This document shows positions 48,013 through 60,700 of a stretch of 64,000 bases of DNA, piece by piece. This DNA comes from Lytechinus pictus (Eukaryota), in assembly GCF_037042905.1 (NCBI RefSeq), contig NC_087251.1:49167358-49231357 (forward strand). Direction: 5' to 3'. Made by a program: the position numbers and the translations under genes. Position 1 is the stretch's first letter, and each line of letters opens with the position of its first letter. A model generated the notes under the pieces. That model saw only the letters and a program-made list of their open reading frames with translations, had not been told where the DNA came from and ran no database searches.

Positions 48013-51000
48013 TGGATGAAAGTGGTCCCAAAATCCAGGAGCAGAACATAGTAAAATTACCACTGGTTGATAAATATATATTGAGTCCATGGAATTATCA
48101 AAATTCGGAATAGATTTTGAGCACCAACTACTTGATATTAAACTGTTAACGGTCTCGCAAAGTAACATTTTCCCATGACAACTTTTTTCTCCTTCAAAAG
48201 TTATCATCGTCATGTAAAATCTGAGCCAATTTCATATTTTTCATTGTGAATTATTTTGCTCAGCCCTAAAATTCAGCCCCCCTCCCCCTTTACATTCTCC
48301 TATCGCCCCTCCCCTTCAACAGTACTTCCATTCAGCTAACTACACATTAGTTGTAACATGTACCCTTTTTCACCGCCCACTGTTTATCTCTAGGCTCCAG
48401 TGTGCCTACGCAATTACACGAACGCTGCTGGGCGGCAAATACGTTGGATGACAATCCAAAGTTTGCCGAGCTCCCGAGTAGAAATAATCAACTGGGGGGG
48501 GGGGTGGAGATGATAAGGCTAAGAAACGTATGACCATTCTGGTAGTGATGCTTTTAATATGCACATGCTTTCTTATCCTTTAAGTTTAATTATATACAAG
48601 CATTATAAAACATATTTATTACAAATGGGTGACGAGCCAAGTTTGCCAAGCTCCCGATTGAATACCAACGGGTGGCAGGGGTGGATGATTCCTCTAATCA
48701 TATGACTGTGGATGAATGTAAACCTCCATGGTGTGATGTTCTTAATATGTATATGCTTTCGTATCTTTCAAGTAAACTATACCAGCATTATTTGTTTAGT
48801 TGCGAAATCGTGAATAATATGACGAAGCGCAGTAATAATGAAGATAAATACACATGCAATAGAGAAAAAGAAAATTTTATTCCATAATTTTCGTCTAAAA
48901 CATAAACGTACGTGAGGGACGTGATAATTCGAATAAACCGTACTGTGTTGAATATTCTCTTGTTATTCCTAAGTTTATGATAATAAGAAAATGTCATAAA
49001 AAGTCATTTCCATCTGAATAATGGTGTAGTATTCACATCTAATTGGTTATTAATTATAATGCATTTTTTAATCAATCTATAGCGAATATTGCGTTTATGT
49101 AACTTGTGTTTTTAACATACCCATATTAATGGTATTTTGTATGAATAAAAATGATGTTCAAACAAATTTAAACTAAGAAGCATTTTTTATCGTTGAATAA
49201 TTTATTTACAATAGATGTATGATGTATTTGCCAATGTGATTCACTAACACGCAGGTGCAACGCACGTTGTGAACATGCAGTGAGGTTTTTTTAATCACTC
49301 AACAAACATTAGGTCAGTAAATGTTGTCTTTATGAATAGCAAATATACAAAATTTTGAATTTTGTCATGCCTTGATTCATAAATATTGATTTATAGTCAT
49401 TTATGTATTTTTATTGAATTCTTCTCTTGGTGGGATTTATTTTTGTAGTAGGCCTACAGTGACTCAATGAGCAGAATATATTACAAAAACCCACATACAC
49501 ACTCACATACTTAAAAAAACCAAGCACACACACATTTACAAAGAATGCTGGAGTATTTCCATTGGTTTTAATATTTGATAAAATTGCGCAGTTGATTAAA
49601 TGTCTTGCCAAGGGCATGTGTGCCGTGGTCGGGATCGAACCTTGGACTTTCATGTGTCCATTCAGGAGCTTTAGACCACTCGGCCACGGTATCCCCACCC
49701 TCACACACGCACCCTCAGCTATACAAACCAATACCCATACATACAGACACACACAATGGTTAAGAGCAGAGGAATGATTCTGCATATTCTAGAAGCAGGG
49801 GTGGCAGGGGCGACAGCCCTTTTGATTTTTCAAGTGGCGCGGAAAAAATAAGGGGATGACAACGAAGAAAGAAAATAGAAGAGCAGCATAATAAAAAGAT
49901 GTTGTCTTTCAATTCTATATTACCCCTATAATATGAATGACGAAAAATGATATAATCTTTTGTTTGTATTGTCCCTGCCAAAATGACTGGAAGCATTTTT
50001 CTGTTAACCAACAGCGTAAATTATCTTACCACTTTAGTCAGGCTTACAAAGTAAACTGTCTCTTCTTGTAAAAAAAAAAAAACGGGGTTATGTTTTGTTC
50101 GAAAAGGGAACTATTTTTTGGTTAACCTAATGGTTCTTGCAATGATCAAATTTCTTGTTATGGTTTTCAAACACAAACGGACTAGGCTGCTTGTGCATTA
50201 ATTCTAATTACCATGTCCCCTGGAGGTGATCTTAAGTAATGTGTCCTCTTGTTGCCTATTAATAAATAAATGATGTAAGATTTTTATGGCGCAGGCACCT
50301 TGTTAGGTGCTCAAGGCGCTCCTATATTTCGCACCCCGGCTAAGCTAGTCTACCGATTCCGGTGCTCACAGCTCTTTGAGGAATTTCTTCTTGCTGGTAT
50401 CCATTTACTTCACCTGGGTCGAGTGCAGCACAATGTGGGGAAATTTCTTACCGAAGGAAAACACACCATGGCTCGGAATCGAACACACGTCCCTCAGATT
50501 GAAAGACGAGAATCATAACCACCAGACCACGACGCCCCCTATCCTAACAAGCCTTCGTGCTTTCTTAGCAATCAGTTAATACACATCAATCCTTTCAACA
50601 GTTTCTTCTGTCTTCTATTTGCTAATCTTCTATGGATCGCTTCTTCATGTTTTCACTGTATTTCCACCTTCATTGGTTTAATATTCACCATATCAATTTC
50701 CTTCTTGTTTATCCCGATACCCTTTGAATAATGCACAATACCCATGCATGCGAAGGGGAATTATTCATTAACATTAAGTGGGCATTCATCGCAAATTTTA
50801 TACATAAAGAACGCGAAACTAAAAAAAAAAAACACGCTCTCCAACTGCAAACGGTAAACTTCAAAAAAACCTAAACATGCAAAATGCTCATAAAAGCGAA
50901 GTCCGATCTGTTTAATCGAGCAGTTAGCGCATGGTTTTACACACGTTCGGTGTATCCCTTCAATTTTACGCTGAATTTAGCGTATGTCTACTTTTGGCCG

Positions 51001-54000
51001 TGAGCAATTGGTGAAAGTTTGACAAGCGCAAACATTGCATTTTGGCTTTTTTGTTATAAAAAAAGAGGCAAGAAATCACAACTGTATGTGTATTAGCATT
51101 GTTGTATGAATTACCGTGTAAGGCGCCATTCTTTTCAATGTGCGTATGGTCTCACTTTTCGTTGGGTAATCATGATTGTGTTAGTTTGAAAGGGGAGTCT
51201 AGAGAATTAGAGAGGAGCAAGAGAGAGAGAAAAAAAATGAAAGAAACGAGACTAATGAAAACAGGGAAGGCAAGAGAGATTACTTCTTAGTATGAGGGTG
51301 TGAGTGTGTGTTTTTAGTGCGCGTGTGTGTGTATTCGAGAGAGGTAGGGAAAACTGTGACGAACATAACAGACACAGAATATGTTTATACACGCGCACGC
51401 ACATTCTCAAGCACACACACACACATTATCAATCAATATTATTTCTCCAGCACGCACACACTATTCTTATCCGTGAAAACAATATTGTAACTCTGTTGTT
51501 CTTTTTCTCCAAATGCGGACAAAATAGAGGCTCAAATCTATTGTTTGACATCCGGGAACCTTATTTCGTAAGATATTTTTTTCTGGCCCCCAGTAACGTA
51601 ATGAGCCAAATATTTGAGGGGGTACATCATGGCGCGTGTGGCAAATTTCTTAAAATTTCCAATCGAGTGAAGCGAGCGAGCAAAATTTGTAAACTTTTTA
51701 AACTGAAAATTTATTTTGGGGATGGAATTTTGGGCACGATATTCACAAAATAGCATCAGACAATACATACATTACCCTTTTTCCTTTCTTTTCTTTCATT
51801 TTCACTTCTTTTTATTTTTTCCTTGGATATATTTTTCCCTGGGGGGAGAGGGCGGGGGAGCCTTTGCTCCCAAAAGCCAGTGCTCTCCTCGTCCATAAAG
51901 CCACGTAAGCTCACACAACACAACCTAGAGAGTAAGAAACACGGAGAGCTCAAATACCAGAATCTGAGAAGGAAGAGAAGAGACTTCAAGCAGCCGTAGC
52001 GTAAATTTGGTGACGTTTGAAATGAGAAAAAGTGACACTTTAGCACAGCTGAATGACCAAGGAGTGCGCGGTTTCCCTCCTGATCCTTCTCCTTGTCAAT
52101 TCTCCTTCAATTGTCAGCTAACGTGCTGCGATTAGCACTCAATTCTTATGTTTCCTTGAATAGATTCATTTTCCTCCTTTTTTTTATTGGTGTGAATTGT
52201 ATCGACGGCTATATAACGATTGTCTTGACGGATTCTTAAAGCAAAAGTTTATACCGTATTTCGATCGCAACGCCCCCCCCCCCCCCCCCCATCCTCCACG
52301 TTGTGTCGTTTTTATGTTTTTTTTTCTTTTTCTTCCAAGGAGTTAAGAACATAGAGCAGAAATGTGAAGCGATGGGGAAACACGAGAGAAAAAGGAGGAG
52401 TGTTAAAGAAAATATCTATTTCTCGAGTTTCAATTGTAGCTGGCGTACTGGAGGCTAGCCCTGCGGCGACCAGTGGGGCAAAGCAACTGGCAACATCGAC
52501 GAGTTAAAACGTGATAGATAATCGATGGGTGGGGGTTGGCGAGCGAGTTGAGTGAGTAACTAAGATGAAAAATCGGCAATCCTTGTTGTGGGTGATTTAA
52601 CAGAAGGAAAAAAGGCCTTCCCTCATTTTACCTCTATGCTTTTCCCTATTTCTCTCCAGTGTTCAACTTCATGCACCCCTCAGGCCAAAATCTGACAATT
52701 CACACATCTACAATCCTGCTCCGTATGAGATGTAATATACGCATATCACCTTCCTCTGTTCGCGCCCCCTCCATCACTCAAATAAAAAAAAAGAATTCTA
52801 GCCGCATTCGCTAATCGAATCGGTAATTTGCAACGCCAATTCACTTTACGCATCAACCGTGTATTTTTGCAGTTGTCATCTGGCGTAATTTCTGTTTATT
52901 TACATATAGTCTCCTTTTTTTCTTCTAGATTCTTCTTGCTGATCATGTGACACATGCATACGAGCAATCTTATTTGTTGTAAAGAGACAACGACGGATGT
53001 TCAACTGATGTTAGGTTTGAACAATTTATTGTTCATGAAATATCAAGAACACACATATATACACTTCACTGGGACTTATGTTCTCATTTGTTAGTAACTT
53101 GTATAGATTATCATTTTAAGAAGAATAAATAACACCATTAAATGTGATTATCATACGAGCATAAATGTATGCCTCCCAATAAACGGTGTAAAAATGATAC
53201 TATAGGATCATTTTTCAATAAAAAGTGTATTTGATTAGACGAACATGTACCTCACCTCCCTTATACAATGCCTCTCACTCAATGATACCAATATTTTGCG
53301 CAATGGGAATATATAGCATGTATACATCAACACCACTTGGATGCAACAACAAAAGTATAAAGAAAGCAAAATGTGTAGGTATGTGTGTTTGTTTATGTAT
53401 ACACACCTACCCTCATACACAGCCGTATATTTTTTTAAGTGATGATAAGGGTGTGGATGTACGTGGGTGTGTTTGGGAGGATGTGGTTATGTGTGCCTTT
53501 ACACACATAGGTAAACACATTACGCACCCACTTATTTTTGTAAGTTTGGAGTGTGTGTTAGTATGTGTGTGAGTGTGGGAGAGTGATGGGTACGTGTGAG
53601 TGCGTGGGGTGAGATTGTGTGTTGGAGGAGTGAGTGTGTGTGTGGGTGTGTGTGTATGTGTAAGGAGTCAAAGTATGGGTACATCTCTACGGTAGATGTA
53701 GAAGTAGTAGTCCCGGTTGTAGCAATCTATGATGGTTGATAGTGATGGTGGTGGTGGTAGAGTTGGTGCGGGAGGTTGGAGTAGGAGAAACAGATGGAAA
53801 TATAACCTACTCTAAGCAATTTATACTAAAATAGCTCAAGAAATGCTATCACCGTCAAGTAACAGTGGCAAACAACTTTTTATCTATATTTTTTTTCTTT
53901 TACATTTATCTTTAATATATTGACATTTCTTTATGTAATCGATTTATCCCACGTGCACTCTCCTACATATTAAGACTTGATATCGTGCAGATTTAACAAG

Positions 54001-54457
54001 CTTTGCTTTTTATGCAGGCTCCCTCATATTTCGCCACATTTCTAAATTATCAATAACTTTCAATCGATGTATTCTTTAACTTACATGAATGATTATGTCA
54101 TGTCTGATTTACATCATGTTGATTGTTCTGATATCTTACTCTTTTGCATGTTTATGTGTGAAATATCTAAAATATAGTCAAATCAAATCAATTAACGTGT
54201 TTTCTGTTTTCAATTGAATTGGAATAAAACTTTACATTTCACTTGAATTTTTATACATTGCCAGAAAGTACGTCAATGATTATTTTAGCAGTTCTAACAA
54301 AGAATTTATGTGTTTTTTGGTAAAGCTTTAATATATTTTTAAAACATGGATTATATATTACAGACTAAGTATTTTAAAGTATTTTAGGGACGTAATGTAA
54401 TACCCATCATCAGACAGAATAGAAGATATATGCAAATTTAAAAGTATTTCATTCCGC

Positions 54458-54720
54458 TTTTTATGCCTTCGCCCACAGTAGGCGATTGCCGGAGGCTTCA
54501 CGGGGGTGTCCGTCCGTCTGTCCAGTTTTCGTTCTCGTGATAGCTATATAGAACCAGTCGACGGATCAACTTCTAACTTGGTCCAAATATGCATGTATAG
54601 GGCTGACTATGATTTGATTAGATTTAGGGGGGTCATGAGGTCAAAGTTCGGAGATTATTAAGGTCAATATAGGCCTGTACCTGAAAATGTCGCCCTCCTG
54701 ATAATTGAAGAGCCATTTGA
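54458..54720. mobile_element. Degraded HINE/DINE-like element
   Basis: T-run, GCCT(T)CG..CGGAGGC hairpin, GTCC microsatellite, AGGTCA-rich core. Confidence 0.55.
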
Positions 54721-57700
54721 CATGTTTGAGCGATCAAATCAGAGATCAGTTTTGGGAATATGAGTTTGTATCATATTTCTATTTCAATATTTTTTTTTCT
54801 AAAAGAAAATTAATTGCAATACTTTAGTGTTACTTTTCTCATTAGCTTTGATTTATTTGAAGTGAAAGAAAGTGAAGGATTGTTATTGAAGAGTTATGGT
54901 TTCATGCACAATTATTTACCATGATCATTATAAAAAGAATGGCTTTTTAATGTCATAAAAGAGAACAGATGAACGGTATCTTAAGTTATTATCTCCTCTA
55001 TTCACGAAAAATAATTAAAATGTCATCAGCATTGTAGATTGGTTTGTGCCCATGATATGTTCATTAATCATATTAATATTTCCATTGGCGTACCAGCAAA
55101 TTATTGATAGCACTCGTGATTTATCATCTCAATAATAATTGCCCTTGAATGAGTGAATAATTTATGATTCCTTTATTTAGTATTTGAGGATTAAGTAATT
55201 CGGAATTCTATTACTTTGTATGAAAAGCACACGCATTTTATTTGTCGGGGATAAAATAAACAATTTGATAATCTGTGAATTCATTGTGGAGATTTTTTTT
55301 TAAAAACTTTTATTCATATTATTATTTTTTTTACGTTTATGAGCTTAGAGGTAATGATCTCTTCAAGGACATGAAATAAAGTTGGAACTTCTTGGCCAAC
55401 TTTTTTTATTGCACATAATTATATACCTTTTTTATCAATCCTTCCTTACTACTCCAATGTCGATATCATGATGCTGTAAGAACACACGTATAAGAAATAA
55501 ATTGATATTGCTGGATATAAGTATACAATTATTGTAGCAATAATTTTAAGAATTTTGATATCATTGATTAATAATGTAATGATGATGACGGTGGTGACTT
55601 TGATGATAATATTCGTAAAAGTAATACTAATTATAATAGTAATAATGATAATAGTAATGATGATGGATATTGATGATGATGATAATAGAAATGATCATGA
55701 GTTTCGTTGCAAAAGAACAATAAATGAGCAGAAAATTGACAATTCTTTGGTTTATCTGACGAGAAAAGACAATATTCAACTGGATTACTTTTAATGTATT
55801 TTTATCTCTCGTTCAACTCCTAACTTCACTATTTCTAGCGTGACATTATATACGCCAATCCTTCCAAAGGTCAATACTGATCGGGAAATAATATCACCAC
55901 CTCTCTGCTTATCAATAATTCTCACCAAAAAAAATCCTATATAAGCTATAATCCTCCTTAAAAGCATTGAACTATCAAATGTACCGTAATATTTACGGTA
56001 ATCTATGATGCAGGAACATCTCTGACGGTATTAGAGATTGAAAATAATCGGAAACTTTGTTATATTATCGGATCCTAAATGAAAAAAGAGTATTATGAAT
56101 GGTCAGGATGTATTCAACAAAATCGAAATCGTTCTAATGGATTGTTTTTCTGCCTTAGTTGTTGCTGTGAGATAATTAAGAAAGTAATGTTAATCATTCG
56201 TTAAAAGGGGGAGGATTGCGCGATTAATTGAAATAACAAAATTCATATTGTATTCAAGTCATGATCGATTTTACGTTGAATGGTTACAAAATAAGGATTT
56301 TTTTTTTGGGGGGGGGGTTGATAGTGAAGCATTGTGCCAAAAATTGAAAATGCGATGAGAGTTTTTGTTATTTGTACTTGTATTTATTTCGTTCTCTGAA
56401 AATCACAATTAGAAGGAAATAATGAACATAGAAACTTAAATAACAAAATGCAAAAAGGAACAAATATAACGACATCAGAAAGACACGCAAATTAGCCATA
56501 TACCCATGGATGTCGCTGATCTTTCTCGGGTTCGAAAGTGATTATTTTAGACGAAATGAAAAAGTAATTGGAATAAGAAAATTAACAGAATAACCAAGAA
56601 CAATAACGTTTGCTGATTCATGTTGTTATGGTTGTAAATCATAGCAATACCTTTGTCTGAATGGGTATGTTGGCGTGAATGTGTTTATGTGTGGGGATAT
56701 GGATGGTCGTGTGGGTGCGTAAGAAAGAGAGAGAGGGAGATAAATGAAGAAGGAAAGAGAGGGAGGGGAAAGTGAACATTATCCTTTGAGATGTATAGCG
56801 CCGCAATGGGTGTGGCCGGTACGTAGATCACGTGGTTACTCGCGGCGCCTTCAAAGAGGCGACATACTTGAGTTAGCCAGGAATTTGCTTTTTTTACTTA
56901 AAACTGTGTTTGAGAAAGAAAGATTTCTGGGTTCAAAATTAAATGCAGTTTTTGTTTTGTTTTTATTTTTCTTTAATTTATGTATTGTTTTGGGTTCAAG
57001 CATGAGAATATTCCGAATATTAGCAGAAAAAGGGTCTCGACATAAAGTCTTATAACTCATATTATAGCCATTTGGCGAATTTTCCATAGGCGGTCAATAT
57101 CAGTATAAGGTGGACGTTCAAAGATCAACTAAATTAATGCATCTGATCCGCAGATGCAGGAATAAAACTGCTTGCCTGGGTAGAAAAGGCGATTTGCAAT
57201 GAGATCGTAACTTGACTCGGTTTACGCGTGGACAATCCAATTTTTGCCTTGAGGAGTTTAGAATTTTATGGTCTGTCTTCTCTCGCGCTTTCGCTCATAA
57301 TATATACTTCCTCCGTGAGTAACTTCAAGTAGACCATATGCACCGGAGCCGAAGCGATCATCGCGGTGAAAAATATGAGGGAGGGGGAAAAATGAAAAAG
57401 TCATGATCATCTGTGTTTCATCACCGTCCGGTGAGAAGTATACCCGAGGCAAGTTGATTGTCAGGCCGGCCGTCGCTCTCCCGTGCGCCCGACGCAAGCG
57501 AACCCCCAACTCAAGCGTTAAACCCGCCACCACAACTACACCGACCCCATACTACAATAACATTCGACCGCCATATACCCCCATCAAACGTGTACCCAGG
57601 ACGAAAGAATCCGCCAAGCCCTACGCACTCGGAAGCTATCGACGTCTACTTCTTCTCACCCCAACCTCTTGCCAAAGCCGCGATCAATAAACCCAAACCA

Positions 57701-60700
57701 CATCGCCTCTCCTCTGTTATTTTTTCCTCACCCATTTTCAGACGTAATGTGTCAAAAATGGGATTCGATTCTGTTTTTAAAAATGTTATTGCATGACAAT
57801 CGTCGCGAATAATAATCAGAGCTAGGCTGAGTGACCGTGCACAATTAACTTTGTTGCGCGCCAATTTCATGCATGGCTCCCTCGCTTCATTTTCCGACCG
57901 GTTGACCATCAATACCTGCGCACCATTAGGGTGATATTCCGCTCTGCCACTTGCTAATAAAAGAATGAAAATGTCTCCTTTTTTCATACCGAAACATCTT
58001 TCCCTCTTCTCAAAAGTCTACCAGTGACAAACTGACAATAATGAATACGTTCGTTTACGCCAATGGTATAATCTTGTGTTTGGCCTTTTTCATGCATGGG
58101 GAAGGGCACCGAGTGCAAGAGCCTGAACTTAACTTTAGATTTAAATTCTATGAATAACCTTAATGCAACTATTCTGAAAAAAAAACACTAATGGAAGGAT
58201 CAAGTGACATAATCCTCAGCTATAATGTGTAAACCACTCTCTGATCTGTGTCGTTATTTCAAAGCATTGAAATTTATAGGTGCACCAAAATTTTATTAAA
58301 ACATAAAAGCACCTCGTTAGTCAATATTTGAAGTCTTGATTTTCCGTCATTTCACGCACGAGGTCAGTACACACATAAAAGTATAGGCCTATTTATAACC
58401 ATCTGAGAGTGGACTACCCCCATACAAACACCCACACCCACACACACAGATGATAAAGGTTGACTCTCATGACTATAGTGCATGGTAAAAGGATGGGGGA
58501 GGGAACTTCCTGAATGATAATCTGATATATGTGCTGTATATTTGGTGTTTTATGCCAACATATACACTTACGCTCTGTTATCATTTAAATTTTATTTCAA
58601 TGGATAAAACTAATAATTGTTATTTCATATTCAAAGCTATTTTCTATTTTCAAGCTTTGCTTCTATGTTTTTTTTTATTTTTTTTTATTTTTTTTAAATT
58701 CAATTCAATTCGTATTTATTTTTCACTCATAAAAAGAAATCAACAAAGTACAAACATATAAACAGATAAGATAGATGACACGAATATACATTAAAATCCA
58801 GTTAGCATGAGTGAGGGCAGTGGCAAAAAAGGACGAGCCTTATAAACGCCAACCCAAGATACTTAATGAAATAAATTGAAATAACACAATTATACTAAAA
58901 ATTAAGAAAACAAAATACCGTACAGACCCTAGACAAAAACAAAACTATGATACAAACTATGATTTTCAAAATAACTTCATAAATCTATTCTTAATAGTTT
59001 CAAAAATCAATTTTAAGATAACTGCTCTAATTTTGAAAAATCTTTCAAAAACGACTACATTGATATTTTTAGGGGCTAAAAGATCAAGTGATTACCCCCC
59101 CCCCCTTCCCCTGAGAATAGCCATGATGCTGCCGTAGAATTACAAAGAAGCTTATATTATTGCATCAAATATCATTTACATTGTATGTGATTGGGTGTAA
59201 ATAGAAAGAGAGATGATAAAATGCGGTTCGTGTTGGAAATCCGAATTATATATTTGCCCTGTCAATTCAACAATAAGCCAATGCAATGGGCATTATACGA
59301 CGGAATATTGCTTTGCTTTGATGTGAATCTAGAAATAGAGAGAGAAAGAGAAAGAGAGGGCGGGTGTTAGAGGCAGAGAGATGTATGTAGAATTGACTTT
59401 TGTTAAAAGAGCAATTTCATATTTCGTGGTTTATAGACTAGTGTTTTGTTTAATCGAGCGAAGACTATTTCGGGTGTTATTGATGATGAGATTTGCCGAG
59501 GGAACACAAGCCCACTTTCACGGAAGATTTAATTCCATTTTGAAGATTGTGTTGAATTTCACATTTTGACTTTGTATGTCATAGAGAAAAATTGACGAAT
59601 TAAAGGGCATGTCAGGAAAATATGCAGCGATGGTTGCAGCTATCATGGCTATTAACGTCACAATAGAAATTAACAATATAAGCTTACTTTCAAAGGGGGC
59701 TAACTGAAAGCGTCTGTTTAACTTAACAACAGAAAACAGAGTTAGTTAAATAATTTGTTGATATTGTGTGCGTTAATATGTTAAATTTCAAGATTTTTTT
59801 AAACCTAAAAATATTTTCTTTGTTTAGTGAAAAAAAATTACAGAGCTGAACTTATCATGTCATGAACCAGAGGCCTTCTAGGGTCACAACTTCAAGAATG
59901 GGCAAATTTCTTTGAAAGTCGTGAGCAAGCGAAAATGAAGTTCGCCATTTCAGTTCGAAATCCGGGGCCTTACTTTTTGATCGATTTTGACATGATATTA
60001 ATAATGATAATAATATATAGCATTTATGAGGCGCATATTAACTAGCTGCCTCTTTATTTGTACTCTATATTAAAAAAATAATATCAAATTTTACCTTTTG
60101 TCATTTCCTTTTCTTCTTCTTCCTATGTTTTTTTTTATAATGGAACTTTTTTTTTTGGGGGGGGGGGCAGTACTCCATTCCCCCATCTAAACGCCAATTA
60201 TTTCAACACCATATAGTAATATGTTACGACACATACAATTAGAATTCGCAAGGCCCATTGTAGGCTATATGTAAATTAACACGGAGTTTTATTTTAGAAG
60301 GTAGCTTATCAGCTCTTTCAGGTCAGTCCTAAAAATTTTGTTTATTTAACTTTATTCACACGCACTATTTATGAAATATTACATCGTTGTTATTTTTAGC
60401 GTATTTAAACTGAAACCTATAACTGATTGGTTTAACAATCATTGGAATAAGAAAGATTGTAATCATGTTACGCGGTGCTATAGGAGGCAGGGGGCGATCG
60501 GACCGAAAGAGGAAGAAAGACGAAAGTAGAGCAAAAAAAAAGGAAAAAAAAGTCAGGTATTGGTCGTTTAACGTTATAATACCATAATTATTATTTTGCA
60601 AAGAAAAAAAAATATCACCTCTATTAATAATATAGGATATTTTTATAACGCACAAATCCAACATGTTAGGTGAGCAAGGCGTTCTTATATTTCCTTTCAG

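Noticed and set aside
57258..57987. Overlapping 91-113 aa ORFs as Meis or other coding exons
   Set aside because: No homeodomain, MEIS domain or other recognisable motif; such ORFs are expected from local GC richness.
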